The position numbers and the translations under genes were made by a program. DNA of 64,000 nt from Mobula hypostoma. Lineage: Eukaryota. The stretch covers positions 130,696,001 through 130,760,000 of the forward strand of contig NC_086101.1 in NCBI RefSeq assembly GCF_963921235.1, in the 5' to 3' direction. Below, in pieces: positions 62,071 through 64,000 of the stretch (position 1 is its first letter; each line of letters starts with the position of its first letter). The notes beneath the pieces were generated by a model that worked only from the letters and a program-made list of their open reading frames with translations, ran no database searches and was not told the origin of the DNA.

Positions 62071-64000
62071 GTGATGTGTCTGGACAGTGGAGAGACCCAA
62101 CAGAAAACATCCCTGACCATGGATGACATCTCCATCTTCTGCTTGGATCAGATGTCAGTTCCCAGATTGATTATTAGCTGCGACCATTTTGAGTTGGCGT
62201 TAGGGGCCAGGCTTAATTGCACGAACAGCGAGGCTGTGGTTTTCAGTAACTTTCCCAACCGCTCCAGTGTCTCCTTCACCATCAGGTCCAATTACGTGAA
62301 AGTGATGAGGTTTGGTTCAGAGGCATGCAACTGAAATAGCTGTAATGGACTGAAGAGGAAATTGGAGCTAACTCTGGGGAGGTTGATCCCTATCAATAAC
62401 AGGGAAGAACTTGTCATCGGGTGAGAGGTGCTCTCAGGGCTGCTGTATGGTGTAGGTGTGGTCCTACCCCCAGTCCTTCTGCTTGGAATCACCTGAGCTG
62501 AATTCCGGTTCATCTGTTGATCCAAGGAAGAGTGGGTCAGATAGGTCACAATGCACAAGACCCTGGACAATGGGGGTAAAAGTACCCAATGTCACCCTCA
62601 CCCTAATGCCCACCTCTGTGTGGAATCTAAATTTGTGGGCACCAACTACCACAATGTGCTGAGGTTCTATCTGTCTCCGGGTGCTGTGAAGAATGGGTTT
62701 GTCCCCATTGCTGTGCAATGTCCTAGTCAGCTGGACATGGCCACACTACTTGTCCTTCATAGAAAAGTTGTTCTGGGCGAACACCTTTGATCACAAATCC
62801 ACCAGGCAGTGGTCAGCATGGAGCAGGTGAAAAACTCGCTGGACACAATGGGGTGGTTCCCTGAACAAACTGTCTGAGCTATCTGGCAGAATGTCTCATT
62901 ACCAGACCTCACTCACAAACACCAAGACCTTGCCTGGCTGGCGGGGAGAGGGACCCTCCCAGTCAGATGCTTCCTGGATGTCCAGAGCTTCGCTCCCACC
63001 ATGCACTGCCCACAGGATGATTATAGAGGGAAAGAGATGGTAGCTCACCTCTTTGTGGACTGAAGGTTTGCAAAGAAGGCCTGGAGAAAGGTGCAAGAGC
63101 CTGTGTCGTGCATCATCTCGGGGACTCTTTGATCTTCAGGCTATTCCCAGGGATACACACAAAGATAAACATCAGGTGTTGCTGGTAGATCATCAGCTTG
63201 GTGAAACATGCCCTTTGGTCTGCCCGAAACTTGTTGGAATGCAAGCACATCAGGATATCTCTGGAGGATGAGCTGGGTGGCACTTTGTGGACTGCAGGAG
63301 AACGTGCTGAGGGATGCATTGAAGCCTGGTGCCGTCATCACAAGGGCTCATTGAGGAAGAACCACAGTGTAAGGTTCTTCAGCTTCTGGAGAGGGAGGCA
63401 CTGGGTTGGAGGAGGAAGCCACCCAATTCAAATAAGATTCCACCCCAGAGTGGCAGTGGTACAATGGATGTGTAGGAATGTAATAGAACAGTACTCAAAC
63501 CTTTGACTTTGAATGAAAAGAATGAAAAGGCATTTTGCAGTTTATTCTTGTAAATATTTTAATTATGAAGACAGTTCATTTTTTGTTTGCAAGACCTGGA
63601 ATGGGCTCAAATGGCCTATAAGAAAAGTTGCTGCTCCCATCTAGGTCTCAAAGTCCTGAAGTGCAGTGGACTGCCCCAGCAGAAGAATGGGGTGTCTAGG
63701 ATAGCCTTGGCATCAGGACGTGGCCACAGTATTCTCTTGGGTTTAGCTTCCGATCCAGAGCAACCGCAGCACTGGGCTTTGGCATTGGATGCCACTTCAA
63801 ATTGGACATTCACTATGATTGGGACTTGTCCTCTGCTGCCTCCGTGAATCAGCCTCAAGTCGAGTTGGAACTTGACCCTTGCTCCTGCTGGTTGGGTATT
63901 TTCTCCAGTGGGTCCTCAGCGCCGGGTCTCTGTGTTGGGTACTCTAATGAGGACAGGGAGTCAGGGTGCAATCGCGAGGACTCTGTTGGGTTGGCTCTTC

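Larger units (their letters stand above)
53240..63585 (+). mobile_element. Decayed Tx1-clade LINE (ORF1, ORF2 pieces, 3' end) hosting ~6 kb of nested LINEs
   Basis: ORF1 zinc knuckles CKLCGEISHLYKACP; RT RKISDNLVLLRD, then TSLTMDD after 62070; 3' part homologous to 22487-23510; CR1 scrap at ~53790-53985. Confidence 0.8.

Overview
Eukaryotic, repeat-dominated, apparently intergenic or intronic DNA. The repeat repertoire (HE1-type and Deu/SacSINE-type SINEs, HER1/CR1, Rex1/Babar and Tx1 LINEs, Penelope, Gypsy LTR, hAT) points to a cartilaginous fish, probably a ray (inference). I recognised no intact host gene; almost all listed ORFs are fragments or antisense shadows of decayed, often nested transposons. 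Best finding: a 2.16-kb Gypsy element (45972-48133; 201-bp LTRs, tRNA-Leu PBS, PPT) whose pol is replaced by intronless fragments of two host endocytic-trafficking genes, RABEP1 (Rabaptin-5) and SH3KBP1/CD2AP (CIN85 family), joined behind the gag zinc knuckles. Also notable: a complete HDV-like ribozyme fold with an extra L3 hairpin at the 5' end of a non-autonomous RTE-like element (43509-43694), a decayed second example, minimal hammerheads in Penelope pseudo-LTRs, an invertebrate-like Nin/Meta-type SINE, and several nested or inverted rearrangements. Family and homology calls are from memory, not database searches. Boundaries without a stated TSD are approximate.
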